A DNA stretch of 64,000 bases from Eledone cirrhosa (Eukaryota). The translations under genes and the position numbers were made by a program. This document shows positions 11,708 through 24,467 of the stretch, one piece after another. The stretch spans positions 97,650,001-97,714,000 of the forward strand of contig OZ024746.1 of the NCBI GenBank assembly GCA_964016885.1, given 5' to 3'. Position 1 is the stretch's first letter; the number at the start of each line of letters is the position of its first letter. The notes under the pieces are model-generated. The model was not told the origin of the DNA and did not search any database. It saw only the letters and a list, made by a program, of their open reading frames with translations.

Positions 11708-11760
<53 letters not shown>

Positions 11761-11762
<2 letters not shown>

Positions 11763-12066
11763 TAAACACCCTCTTTAAGTCATGAATGACCATGGGATTT
11801 GCAGCTAGAGACAAATCCGGGCAATGTTGTTTTGTGGAAGACCAGCAGTCACCCATGCATGCTGGTCTCCCTTCTCCAGGCCACCAATGTTGTACAAAGG
11901 AAAAAGGCAATGGCCAATACAGCTTGGTACCAGTGATGTCACAACCCATTTCTACAGCTGAGTGAACTGGAGCAACGTGGAATAAAGGACACAACACATC
12001 ACCTGGTCTGGTAATCCAGTTCACAACCTCACGATTGCAGACTCAATGCTCTAACCATTAAGCCAA
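11761..12066 (-). mobile_element. tRNA/CORE-like SINE subfamily B2 (also ~12850-13142, 36950-37281, 55092-55311)
   Basis: TGGCTTA(A/G)TGGTTAGAGCATTG head, GTTGCTCCAGTTCACTCAGCTGTAGAAATGGG, and a distinct 3' body with GTCTTCCACAAA. Confidence 0.8.
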
Positions 12067-12404
12067 TATATATATATATAACACTGTATTTGCACTCTAA
12101 GAATAACTAACAATGGCATAGAACTAGGTAAGAAATTTGACCTAGAAAAAGAAATCAATGAAAATAAGACAGTATTGTACAACTACCAAAGCCATCCTAT
12201 CTAGTATAAAGATATAATCACAAAAGTAACGATGACAATGATTTTTGATACACTGACAACAAGACAAAAGAAAATGTAATGTTGTAATAAAAACAAACTT
12301 TCATTGAAGATTAAAAACAAATTTTAGAAATTCGACAATATTCATGACAATACATCTCTATATAATAAAAGCAATATCAACATTTCAACATGCATTATCA
12401 AATT

Positions 12405-12830
12405 ACTTCTTCGCTCACTTATTCCTGAGAGTCTTGCGGGGGCAGAGTCCTCAAACACTCCTTTCGGTGGGTCCAGTCAAAAGCAACCATCTCCAATTGA
12501 TCCAGTGGATCCCCAAACATTACCTGCTAAGCTCATGGATGTTATCCAACCATCTTGCTTAGGGTCTACCCTTGGGTCTCCAGCCGGTAAAATCTGTCCA
12601 GTAAAATCTGTCCAGTAAAATCTGTCCAGTAAAATCCGTCCAGTAAAATCTGTCCAGCAATTCTTCCCTGAGTCATTCCACATGTGCCCATAGTATCAGA
12701 GCTGTGATCTCTCAATTCGGAGAAGTAGCAGTTCTACCTGGAGTGGCTCTCTGATCTCCAGCTATGCACTTTCTCTAGTAACGTTACTCCGAAGACCCTT
12801 TGACCCATTTCAGCCGCTTGTGTTCAAATT
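12405..12830 (-). mobile_element. RTE-clade LINE 3' end, abundant family (also ~25190-25430 +, 29180-29720 +, 39190-39570 +, 49745-49945 -, 52470-52716 +, 57975-58560 -, 63598-63832 -, 63925-64000 -)
   Basis: Copies translate to RMSQERI.GQILQAKP.GRRPRGRP.ARW.DNIHELGW...W and end in CAGGAATAAGTG..(GAA)n; this copy has a 14-bp x5 internal expansion. Confidence 0.8.
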
Positions 12831-13520
12831 ACTTATATTACTATTTTAAAAACTCCCTTCGGTCACAACCCACCCTGGGATTTGCACCTAGAAAGCTCCT
12901 CTCTGGGGCTTGAGTATGGGCAAAGTTGTTTGTGGAAGACAAGGAGTCGCCGATGCATACCAGCCTCCCCTCTCCACGCCACTGATATTGTCCAAGGGAA
13001 AGGTAATGGCCAATCATCCAGCTTGGCACCAGTGATGTTGCAACCCATTTCTACAGCTGAGTGAACTGGAGCAACGTGAAATGAACTAACACCCCCACGA
13101 CTGCAAGCCCAACAATCTAACCACTAAGCCGTGTGCCTTCACTACTATCTTACTATATAACATTGTTAAATATGATATATAAAGTTCTATTACAAATGAA
13201 TTTATATTAAATTAAACATAAATAAAATGATATAGCTATACTACTACTATCTGCTAGTATATCAATATATATCTAGACAAACAGGTGTTAATATATAAAA
13301 GTACTGTTCAAATTAGATCTGTCATGTCTAAAGATATAATAAATAATTATAGTATGGGATTAACCTAACAGGAATGTGTGGACCACATTATGGTCTGTCA
13401 GTTGTGAGGAAGATAAAAGGAAGCGCTCAATAAATCGTGCAAGCCGGAGCATTATATATCAAAACAAGATCTGAGGCCATATTCAATCGGTTCAAATTTA
13501 TTTAAAAGTTCATTATATAT

Positions 13521-13866
13521 GGAGGCACATGATTTAGTGGTTAGAGCATTTGCCTTGCAATCGAAAGGTTTTGAGTTCAATTCTCAGACCGGGTGATGTG
13601 TTGTTTCCTTGAGCAAACACTTTATTTCACATTGCTCCAGTTTACTCAGCTGTAGAAATGAGATGATAGGGACTGGGGTCCCTATCATTCCAGTGCAAAG
13701 TGGTCGTGGAGGTGCCACAGCAAAAAAGCACCCAGCACTCACTGACAATGAGGTTGGTGTTAGGAAGGGCATCCAGCTGTAGAAATCAAGCCAGAATCAG
13801 TTCCCATCCCACCCTTGCAAGCAGGGAAAAGCAGACGTAAAATGATGATGATGATGATGATGATGA
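13521..13866 (+). mobile_element. Full-length tRNA/CORE-like SINE subfamily B1 with RTE-derived tail (also 27160-27502 -, 41120-41460 +)
   Basis: A box TGATTTAGTGGTTAGAGC, B box GAGTTCAATTC, CCTTGAGCAAACACTTTATTTCACATTGCTCCAG CORE-like block, tail CCCACCCTTGCAAGCAGGGAAAAGC.GACGTAAAA(TGA)n. Confidence 0.85.
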
Positions 13867-13909
13867 TATATATTTCACTGTCTTCAGATGGCAAAACCCA
13901 TAGGTTTTG

Positions 13910-13967
13910 CTGTCTGAAGAACTCAGACTATCATAACTGATAGTCTTCAGCGAAATATATATAACAG
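13910..13967 (+). ncRNA. Type I hammerhead ribozyme motif in a palindromic Penelope-like remnant (13460-14018)
   Basis: CTGT CTGAAGA ..AGACTATCA-TAAC-TGATAGTCT.. GAAA TATATA TA ACAG. Confidence 0.75.
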
Positions 13968-15436
13968 ATTTCAAATAAACCTGAACCGACTGGATATGAC
14001 CGCAGATCTTTTGTTGGTAATTAATTATACATAGTTAACTGTTTCTACTTTATAATTAGTCCTTTAAAGTATTACTTGAGACTGAAGGGTAAAAGTATCA
14101 CTACAAACAAAATAGCGAATGTATTACCCCGGAGGATGCTGACTGAGATGTTTGCAGGTCACATTTTCGTGGATAGCCATCTCCATCCTAATCAATGTGA
14201 ATAGTCAGGTGGTTCAGGGATCCAGGAAACTAGATGTTTCCACTATTATGTGTTTGATGAGAAACCAATCAATGAACAGCTGATGCTTTGTCAATTTGTG
14301 ATCCTAAGCAGGGTCTGTTGCTATTTTCACTCGGCTGCTCTCAGAGAAATTATCACTGTAGATCACATCCCATATAAGGGGCTTACCACCATAAGTAATT
14401 ATGCTGAGAAATAAAAATACAAACACTTTTAGACTACAAAGATTTTTATTGCAATGGTTGTCACAGTAATACAAAACACCCGATTTCCCACAGATACAAG
14501 CTGAAGCTGAAGCATATAGACAGTATTCCCTTGCTCCTACTGTAAAGTGGTCATGTAGGTGTCATGACAAAAAGCACCCAGTCCACACTGTATAGTTGTT
14601 GTGTAGGCGCCACGGTAAAAAAAGCACCGTGCTCACTGTAAATGAGGTTGGTGTTAAGAAACGCATCCAGCTGTAGAAATCAAGCCAAAATCAGTTACGT
14701 ATGAGCAAAAAATTGTCACCTGACCTGGCATAGCCCACAACAGGACAACCTGTCTAACCCATGCTAGCGTGGAAGAATGAACGTAAAACGGTGATGATTA
14801 TGAATGATGATGCTTAGGTTTTATGTTGAAGAATTCTGTTGAGAATTTATTTATTAACCTTTAACACGTTCTCGGCGACATAATGCACCAATAGAGTAAT
14901 CTACCCTTAATACAGTGTCAAGGGAAGCAATTCTTAAAAGTTTCTAACATGCTAAAGGTTAAAATACATTAAAACAATAAGCATATAATTCAAAATGTTC
15001 ACATTCCAATCTGTTCTGAATGAGGGGTTAACTAGAGTTAGTAGTTAATTCATTAATTCTTCCTTGATCTTTTGCCACTATCAAGATGACATTTTCAAGT
15101 TCAGAATGTCCTTTGCCATTAAAATTTTCAACATGAAAAAAATGGCAGATGAAAGCTATGACATTTGACACTAAAGTTTAAAACATCCTTCAGCACATTA
15201 AAATACTCAGAATAACACAGAACAACTGCATTCATTAACATTAAACACTGAAATAGTTCAGATGATTAGTTTGTGTTGTTAGAAAACACACAATATGGTT
15301 TACCTATGGGCTTAGACAAAAAAACAGTTATTTTAATGTAAGAATTTAATATCGGATTATCAAATATTACACCCATAAATAAACTAATATAAGAAGCTGT
15401 AAATATATATAAAACTATATATTGTCTGTAAGTATG

Positions 15437-15523
<87 letters not shown>

Positions 15524-15570
15524 GTGTGTGTATATATATATATATATACACAAACACATGTATATATATG

Positions 15571-16214
15571 TATATATATAAAACTGAGGACGTCTGTGTG
15601 TGTGTGTGTGTGTGTGTGACTGTGAGTTTGAATCCCTAAAACACGAGAAGTACCTAACCAATTTTTTCAAACTTTACATGTGTATTGTGTTTCAGGGAGT
15701 GTTATTCACATAAAAAAATTCAACTTTTTGATCCCCTAGGGCCCGCATTAGGTGAAAAACTGCGTTTTTTCAGCTTTTTAGGGGTTTGAGGCATTACGTC
15801 AGACTGATTTCCTTGAAATTGTAACTATGTATTAGTTAGTCTCTTCTTCATACCGTGAGCAAAGAAAATCCAACTTTTTTATGGCCTAGGGCCCGCATTA
15901 GGTGAAAAGCTTCATTTTTTCAGCTCTTTAGGGCTTTGTTGAGGCGTTACGTCTAGCCAATTTTCTTGAAATTTCAAGGCATATTATGCACATAAAAAAA
16001 ATTTATTTTCGTGATCCCCTAGGGCCCGCATTAGGTGAAAACCTGCATTTTTCTTGCTTCATCGAGTAAAATCTTAAAGATTATCCAGCCATCAGAGTAT
16101 TCGGTTTATTTTCTTTACATATTGTCCAGGCATGCAGTTTTTCCACAATTAGGTCTGTTGGCAGCCCGCCTTCCAAAACACCTTATCCTGTGCAACGCCA
16201 GGTACCACTGCTAG
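15571..16214 (+). mobile_element. Non-autonomous Helitron-like element with internal (TG)n and three ~140-bp subrepeats
   Basis: 3' hairpin CCTG-TGCAACGC-CAGG then CTAG|T (16211-16215); TATATAAAA start; CCTAGGGCCCGCATTAGGTGAAAA at 15735, 15885, 16018. Confidence 0.7.
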
Positions 16215-16628
16215 TATATATATATATATATACACATATATATATATACATATATATACACATATATATACATATATATACACATATAGATATATATACA
16301 CATACATATATACATACACACATATATATATATAAATACACATATGTACATATGGGTTATATATTGTCTTATTTTGTAATATGTAATGCACATATTATTG
16401 AAGAATTTATTAGAATTAAGAAAAACAAGCTGCTATTTTTCTCTCTGCAAAATAACAAATAAATGAAAACAAAAGGTCAAAAGATTAATGAAATGAAATT
16501 GTTTTGAGATTCATTGAATCTTCTAAATAGCTGTTCAATTCCAATATGATGTATATATATATATATATGGTGTATATATGGTATATATATATATATATAT
16601 GGTGTATATATATATATATATATATATA

Positions 16629-16918
16629 TCATCATCATCATTTTACGTCCGCTTTTCCCTGCTTGCAAGGGTGGGACAGGTCCTATTCAGCACAGCATCT
16701 CTCCACTTGTCACGGTCCTTCGTCATCTCCACCATGAGCTTCAGCAATCTGAGGTCTGCTCTCCCCACCTCCACCCATGTTTTTCGTGGTCTTCCTCTAC
16801 TACGTCTTCCTTCAACTGGCATTTCTTGGCACTTCTTCACCCATCGGTCATCCTCCATGTGCATCAAATGTCAATACCATCGCAGTCTCCACTCCTGCAC
16901 ACAACAATTTATCCATCG
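16629..16918 (-). mobile_element. RTE LINE 3' end, likely partner of SINE B1 (short copy at ~57383-57487)
   Basis: MEDDRWVKKCQEMPVEGRRSRGRPRKTWVE...DRDKWRDAV; 3' tail matches the SINE B1 tail. Confidence 0.85.
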
Positions 16919-17958
16919 CAGACACACACACATATACATATATATATATATATCCAGCGTGTATCCAGTTTAGTATGTGTGTATTTAAGGACCCATAACT
17001 CCACTAGAATTATAGGAGGTACCAAAATGATATATAGCATGTTTGAGGAATTTTAGGCTGGCAAAACTCATCTTCTCTAAGGAGTTAAACATAGCCAAAT
17101 ACTTTCAGTTAAGGAGAGAAAGTGAAGGAGAGGAAGTGAGAAAAAGATATAGGGAAATAATCAACTCCAGTACTTGACTGGTACTTTTTTTTCAACCTCG
17201 AAAGGACAAAAGGCAAAGATTAACTCAACAGGTTCTGAACTCAGGAAACAGAATCCTGAAGTGATTATTGAAAAGCATTCTATCTAACATTCTATTGACT
17301 CTGCTAATTTAGCACCTACAGTTTAGTATAAGTACACCTTGAAGCGAAGGTGGTTAGTAGTTATCGTTAGAAGAAATAACACGAATAGCTGGTTTACTTT
17401 TGAAATAAAATTTACTCCACTTCAGTCAAAAAGAACAACAAATAAGTTACTACGATCGCTAAGGTTGACGATGTTATTTTGTTGTTGATGTGAAAACAGC
17501 GAATGACCAGACAATGTTTGTTGGGGTGATTCAACCTCCTCTCTCTTAGTACCAGCTATTCGTATCACCAGCTTCCTCTGTCCGCTGCCTCGAGAGATCA
17601 CCCACACATCAACTTGTTTATGCTAAAAGGATGGTGACCTAGAATTTGACCTTTAGGTGTCACCCAGGGCTCGGGGTGTGGACAGATTTCGCTACAACCT
17701 TATCCCTACACATCATAAGATGTGACTAAAAGTGTTGGAACCAGAGAGGGCAACTTATCTGTAAAACATTGCTTCAAAAAGAATCCTATGATGAGCATAA
17801 AGTTTGCCATGGTGCCAACAAAGTTGACCCTGCTTTAGCATAGAAAATGGCAAAAAAAAAACAACACTTTTACAGTATATTTGAAACAACGCAAATGAAA
17901 ACAACTGAAACTACAACACATTACACAACAACAACCATGCATTCTTATATATACTTAC

Positions 17959-17979
17959 CCACAGGCATTATTTGATAAT
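17959..17979 (-). other. Candidate 21-nt microexon
   Basis: Minus strand tattgtcag|ATTATCAAATAATGCCTGTGG|gtaagtat; frame-preserving, open in two phases; weak pyrimidine tract. Confidence 0.25.
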
Positions 17980-18597
17980 CTGACAATAGATGTTAACAGT
18001 AAGTGATATGTAGTAAACTAATAGCGTAATACAATAAAATAACTACAAAAGTTATAAAATGAACTGTTATACAACAATAACTATATAAGTTAACCCTTTA
18101 GCATTTAAACCTGTCGTATCCGGCCAGAATTTTCTGACGCCTTTCTCTTTAAACCGGTTGTAATCAACTGCTTATACTTATGTTAAGGTGCTGTTCTCAA
18201 AGTAAATAATATCAAAATCTTTTAGATTCGATATTATGTGGGATAATTATGTAAGATAAAGCCTTTACCATGAAATACAGTAGTAAATATAGACTAATGT
18301 AAATGCTAAAGGGATAAATATTAAATTTTATTTAACCATTTTGATCCCAAAGCTTGTCTTAAGATACAAAACTACCTATGAGTTTATGTAAGAACTTTTT
18401 GTTAAGGAATATTCAAAGCTTCAACTTAATAAAAGTTATTTTCATAAACCAATAAAACACAGATAAATTATATCTAAAGGGGTTTAAAAAATGTTTTAGA
18501 TTTACATAATAGTCTTTAGTTCAATTTGTACACCATATGTAACTGAGGTTACTTCTACACACACACATTATATGTATATACATATGTATGTATATAA

Positions 18598-18633
<36 letters not shown>

Positions 18634-19462
18634 ATAAATAAATAAATATATATATATATATATTTATTTATTTATATACATACATACATATATATATTAT
18701 ACACGTATATATGTGTGTGTGTGTGTATGCAGAACATACATAGATAAACGAACAAGGAACATTATACTCAATCTATTGCAAGAGAGTATATTTAGTATAA
18801 TTTAAATTTCATACACTTAACATGTGTGTGCAGCCTGGGGTTTCAAGGTCACGCTACGATAACCTAAGGTCATACATACATAAGTATGTGGAATTTTAAA
18901 TATTCTATATATATAAATGGTTAAATAAAATTTATTATTAACCCCTTAACATTTATATTAGTCTATATTTACTATTGTATTTTCATGGTAAAGGCTTTAT
19001 CTTACATAATTATCCCACATAATATCGAATCTAAAAGACTTTATTATTTACTTGAGAACAATACCTTAACATAAGTATGAGCAGTTGGATACAACCGATT
19101 TACAGAGAAAAATGTCAGAAAATTCTGATGATGATGATGATGATGATGTTGATCAAGGTGGTAATGATTATGATGTTAATGTGCAACACTATATATTCTA
19201 AAAGAAGTTATATTAAGCAATACTCGCCAAGGATTCTATTCAAACATGGATGTACTTAAATCAACCTAAAGCAGTATGATGAATCATGGAAGTATCAGGA
19301 AATAATTAACTGCTTCAGTTTGGCATTCGATGTTCTCCAGAAGAATATAACTGTCTCACAGTGAGCAGTCTGATTCCTATAACTTCATTTGATGCTTTTA
19401 AAATAAATCTTACTAATTTTAAGTATTACTTAAACATTTTGTTACTATTTGTTTTTCTTTTT

Positions 19463-19680
19463 TGTCAATCGACTTTCGTCTAATCGGACCGAGGAAACAA
19501 TGTTTCCGTTGGTCTTTCCAATTGCTAATACTATCTATCAGTCGCAATTCCAGGTAGAAGGAATAATGTGAAATAAAATGTATTGCTCAAGGACATAATA
19601 CATTGCCCGGTTCAGGAATTGAACTGACAACCTCACGATTGCGAATCCAGTTCTCTAACCACTCAGTCACACACATTCAC
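19463..19680 (-). mobile_element. tRNA/CORE-like SINE subfamily B3 (second copy ~20450-20657)
   Basis: Same head and CORE-like block, different 3' body (GGAAACATTGTTTCC..GGTCC.ATT.GAC.AAAGTC). Confidence 0.75.
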
Positions 19681-19971
19681 AATTTGTTACTATATTTCTA
19701 GTAATATACACAACCAATGTGTTTCAAATGATTTTGTAAATAATCAAAAACATTCAAAAGGATTTAATAAAATAGCTAACATTTTAATATTATTATGTTG
19801 TTTTGAACATATGATGGAAGCAACCACAACCTGGATGTTTTAAGGCCATTTTCCCCACACGAGTAGGGGTTAGCCTTGAAATCCCCATGACATGCTTCAT
19901 ATTCATCATAGGATCCTTTTTTAGGCCTTATTTTACAGTTATCTCTTACAACACACAGGGCTATACTTTGA

Positions 19972-20416
19972 ACACTTTACATACCAACACAGCTAATACT
20001 GGCTTCAGTACTATGAAACTATAACCCCATTTTAAAGGGCTCCTATTTAAATTAAAACTTTCAAACATAATTATTATATAAGAACTGTATATTAACCCTT
20101 TAGCATTTAAACCGGCCATATCTGGGCAGAATTATCTCACCTTTTTCTGTTTAAACCGGCCATAACTGGCTGCTCATACACATGTTAAGGTATTGTTCTC
20201 AAAATAAATAATATCAAAATCTCATAGATTCGATATTATGTGAGATAAAGTGTTTACCATGAAAATATAATAGTAAATATAGAGTAATGTAAATGCTAAA
20301 GGGTTAAGTTATTATGTTAGGAATGAAATAACAATGATAGGAAATACCTCAAAATTCTCCATTAATTAGTTGAAATAAAGTGTATTTCATTAGAAATATG
20401 GTCATGAAAGAGTTAA
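19972..20416. mobile_element. piggyBac-type MITE family B interrupted by a family A MITE (intact copy at ~62550-62786; related at 63351-63859)
   Basis: Flanks align with 62550-62786; the family A insertion at 20092-20307 has TTAA on both sides. Confidence 0.65.
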
Positions 20417-20764
20417 ATTATGATGGAAGGTTTTAATATAAATATCGACAGTCGATTGACTTTTGTCAAATTGGACCAAGGAAACAATGTTTCCATTGGT
20501 CTTTCTAATTGCTAATACACTCTACCGGTCACAACTCCAGGTAGAAGGAGTAATGTGAAATAAAGTGTCTTGCCCAAGGACACAACACATCGCCCAGTCT
20601 GCTCACAACCTCACGATGGTGAATCCAATTCTCTAACCACCCAGCCACTCACCTTCATATATAAATATAGACATTTTAAAATGAGCAGTTTTATATTCTA
20701 TGATGAGTGACAGTTTAAGGTCTGTTGAAAAGCTGAATGGTTAAAAAATAACACAAGTAATAAT

Positions 20765-21150
20765 AGTAATTGTTTCTACTTTTGGCACAAGGCCAGCAAT
20801 TACCCCAGTGCATCACTGGTACTTTATTTTATCAAACCAGTAAGGGTGAAAGGCAAAGTTAACCCTGGAGGGATTTGAACTCAGAACGCAAAGGGCCGTA
20901 ACTATATACCGCAAAGCATGGTGTCTGACACTCTACCGACACTGCCAACCCACAAATAATTATAATAATTGTTTCTACTTTTGGCACAAGGCCAGCAATT
21001 ACCCCAGTGCATTACTGGTACTTTATTTTATCAATCCCGTAAGGATGAAAGGCAAAGTTAACCTCGGTGGGATTTGAACTCAGATCGTAAAGGGAGGTAA
21101 CTATGCTGGTAAGCATGTCCGACCCTCCACCAATACTGGCAATTCACCAC
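20765..21150 (-). mobile_element. SINE family A, tandem dimer
   Basis: Two copies, each followed on the plus strand by CACAAATAATTATAATAAT. Confidence 0.85.
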
Positions 21151-21589
21151 AAATAATTATAATAATGTATTATTAGCATGGTTATTCCTGTTGATTATTG
21201 CATTGTTACTCTCCATGCATTCTATGTGTGAGTGCAGTTATGCATATGAAGGTGACTGCACACACGCACATGCATACAAGAATGAACACACACACACACG
21301 CACACACATACACACACACACACCCACACACACACAGATAACATCATGTGTTTTTTTTTGTGATGTCATACTTCATTCTATGAATGGAAGCATTTATGCA
21401 TGCATAGATGAACACAAGAACACATGCATGCTGACATGAAGGAACATACACTCAGACAATCATGTACATCGTTGCAATGCCACACTTCATGAATTCTAAA
21501 CATGAATGGCAGTCATGCATCCAGACATGGTACAAATTCAGTTTTAACCCTTTAGTATTTAGATTACTCTATATTTACTGTTGTATTTT

Positions 21590-21745
21590 AGAAGAAGAAG
21601 AAGAAGAAGAAGAAGAAGAAGAAGAAGAAGGCAAAGAAGAAGGAGGCGGAGGAGGAGCAGGAGGTGAAGAAGAAGAAGAAGAAGAAGAAGAAGGCAAAGA
21701 AGAAGAAGGAGGAGGTGGAGGAGGTGAAGAAGAAGAAGGCAAAGA
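21590..21745. repeat. Compound (GAA)n/(GGA)n microsatellite with internal duplications
   Basis: Direct inspection; source of the poly-E/G and poly-L ORFs. Confidence 0.9.
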
Positions 21746-21800
21746 GTCACAGTTTGTTTATATTTTAAATCTACATAGTTTCAGTAGCAAATTATCTGGT

Positions 21801-21960
21801 CACCTATATGTGACCACCCATATGTGACCACATATATGACCACCTATATGTGACCACCCATATGTGACCACATATATGACCACCTATATGTGACCACCCA
21901 TATGTGACCACATATATGACCACCTATATGTATCCCCTATATGTGACACATATATGTGTC
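21801..21960. repeat. 40-bp minisatellite (14+14+12-bp subunits), ~3-4 copies
   Basis: CACCTATATGTGACCACCCATATGTGACCACATATATGAC repeated. Confidence 0.9.
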
Positions 21961-22080
21961 ACCTTCTTTAACTCTTTAGCATTTATACTGGTCATAACCA
22001 GCTGCTCATACTAATATTAAGATATTGTTCTCAAAATGAATAATATCAAAATCTCCTAGATTTGATATTATGTGAGATAT

Positions 22081-23420
22081 TATGTGAGGTAAAGCCTTTA
22101 CTGTGACAATACAATAGTATATATAGAGTAATGTAAATGTTATGTGAGGTAAAGCCTTTACTGTGAAAATACAATAGTATATATAGAATAATGTAAATGT
22201 TATGTGAGGTAAAGCCTTTACTGTTAAAATACAATAGTATATATAGAGTAATGTAAATGTTATGTGAGGTAAAGCCTTTACTGTGAAAATACAATAGTAT
22301 ATATAGAATAATGTAAATGTTATGTGAGGTAAAGCCTTTACTGTTAAAATACAATAGTATATATAGAGTAATGTAAATGTTATGTGAGGTAAAGCCTTTA
22401 CTGTGAAAATACAATAGTATATATAGAATAATGTAAATGTTATGTGAGGTAAAGCCTTTACTGTTAAAATACAATAGTATATATAGAGTAATGTAAATGT
22501 TATGTGAGGTAAAGCCTTTACTGTGAAAATACAATAGTATATATAGAATAATGTAAATGTTATGTGAGGTAAAGCCTTTACTGTGAAAATACAATAGTAT
22601 ATATAGAATAATGTAAATGTTATGTGAGGTAAAGCCTTTACTGTGAAAATACAATAGTATATATAGAATAATGTAAATGTTATGTGAGGTAAAGCCTTTA
22701 CTGTGAAAATACAATAGTATATATAGAATAATGTAAATGTTATGTGAGGTAAAGCCTTTACTGTGAAAATACAATAGTATATATAGAATAATGTAAATGT
22801 TATGTGAGGTAAAGCCTTTACTGTGAAAATACAATAGTATATATAGAATAATGTAAATGTTATGTGAGGTAAAGCCTTTACTGTGAAAATACAATAGTAT
22901 ATATAGAATAATGTAAATGTTATGTGAGGTAAAGCCTTTACTGTGAAAATACAATAGTATATATAGAATAATGTAAATGTTATGTGAGGTAAAGCCTTTA
23001 CTGTGACAATACAATAGTAAATATAGAGTAATGTAAATGTTATGTGAAGTAAAGCCTTTACTGTGAAAATACAATAGTATATATAGAGTAATGTAAATGT
23101 TATGTGAGGTAAAGCCTTTACTGTGAAAATACAATAGTATATATAGAGTAATGTAAATGTTATGTGAGGTAAAGCCTTTACTGTGAAAATACAATAGTAT
23201 ATATAGAGTAATGTAAATGTTATGTGAAGTAAAGCCTTTACTGTGAAAATAGTATATATACAATAGTATATATAGAGTCATGTAAATGTTATGTGAGGTA
23301 AAGCCTTTACTGTTAAAATACAATAGTATATATAGAGTAATGTAAATGTTATGTGAGATATTATGTGAGGTAAAGACTTTACTGTGAAAATACAATAGTA
23401 TATATAGAGTAATGTAAATG
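22081..23420. repeat. 60-bp tandem array (~22 copies) amplified inside a piggyBac-type MITE
   Basis: Unit TATGTGAGGTAAAGCCTTTACTGTGAAAATACAATAGTATATATAGA(G/A)TAATGTAAATGT; MITE termini at 21968 and 23432. Confidence 0.95.
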
Positions 23421-23660
23421 TTAAAGGGTTAAAAATATTTGTTAATTTTATCATTCCCTTCAATTTTTCATATTTCAGATAATTCTAATTTCAATGATTA
23501 GCTACTTGTGAACAATAAAGTAACTGAATGGCTAAACTGAAGTAGTTTTTAAGATAACCTAAGGTCAAATCCTAACAGATTTGTACTTATATGTATGTAT
23601 GTATATGCACACACACACACACAGGCACACATAAACACACACATACATACATAGATAGAT

Positions 23661-23697
<37 letters not shown>

Positions 23698-23817
23698 AAA
23701 TTGGGTATATGAGAGGGATGAACACAGATACAAGTATACGTGTGTTCCAATTGCAAATGACCAAGTTAGCTAGATTGAAAAAATACTAATTTAAAACAAT
23801 ATGGTCTGCCTGACTCG

Positions 23818-24069
23818 ATTTAAAGTAATAAATCAATAAAAATAACAAACCTATATTGGGCAATAGCCTTAGATATCCGGACAGACCTAAATCTGTTTTG
23901 CAAGAATTATTAAGTGAAAGCCAGAATTCCTGTGCCCTTCTGCGGGTATCCAGGAAAATTTGTACCTTTCACTTCAAATGATCTAAGAAGACTGCATGAT
24001 ATGCTGTCTGGGTATCAAAGGCTATTGCCCGATATAGGTTTGTTATTTTTATTGATTTATTACTTTAAA
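23818..24069. repeat. Foldback with ~65-bp inverted arms
   Basis: TTTAAAGTAATAAATCAATAAAAATAACAAACCTATAT..GGGCAATAGCCT is inverted at 24004-24069. Confidence 0.8.
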
Positions 24070-24110
24070 GTATATACTTTCAAACGTTCAATCGACTGAC
24101 AGGAAGGTAT

Positions 24111-24153
24111 ACAGTGCTGATGACAGCTAATAAGCTAGAAACTAGTTCATCGT
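24111..24153 (+). ncRNA. Minimal type I hammerhead ribozyme motif
   Basis: ACAGTG CTGATGA C-AGCT-AATA-AGCT-A GAAA CTAG TT CATCGT; palindromic AACTAGTT; extended outer pairing CTGACA/TGTCAG and GTTCAA/TTGAAC. Confidence 0.7.
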
Positions 24154-24409
24154 TCCTTTGTCAGTGTTGAACAAAAGGGCAACGATAGTTGCCGTACACT
24201 GTACGGCTACTAATTCGAGCTGTTTGTTTACAAACAAACCGAGCATTATAATAAATGTTCGGTAAACCCATACGTATATATATATGTGTGCATATATGTA
24301 TGTATATACATACTAGTGTACACCTGTATACATATATGTATGTACGTTTACATACTTATATTTAAGTATCAGCCGTATTAAGAGTGAGAAATGAAATTTC
24401 ATTTTTTCC

Positions 24410-24467
<58 letters not shown>

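Noticed and set aside
13521-13595. tRNA gene (and similar heads at 41120, 54042, 27430)
   Set aside because: A and B boxes are present but run directly into a SINE body; no acceptor stem closure or Pol III terminator
21462-21827. Poly-Glu/Gly ORF
   Set aside because: (GAA)/(GGA) microsatellite joined to a MITE fragment
22046-23395. 449-aa ORF
   Set aside because: 60-bp array derived from a non-coding MITE
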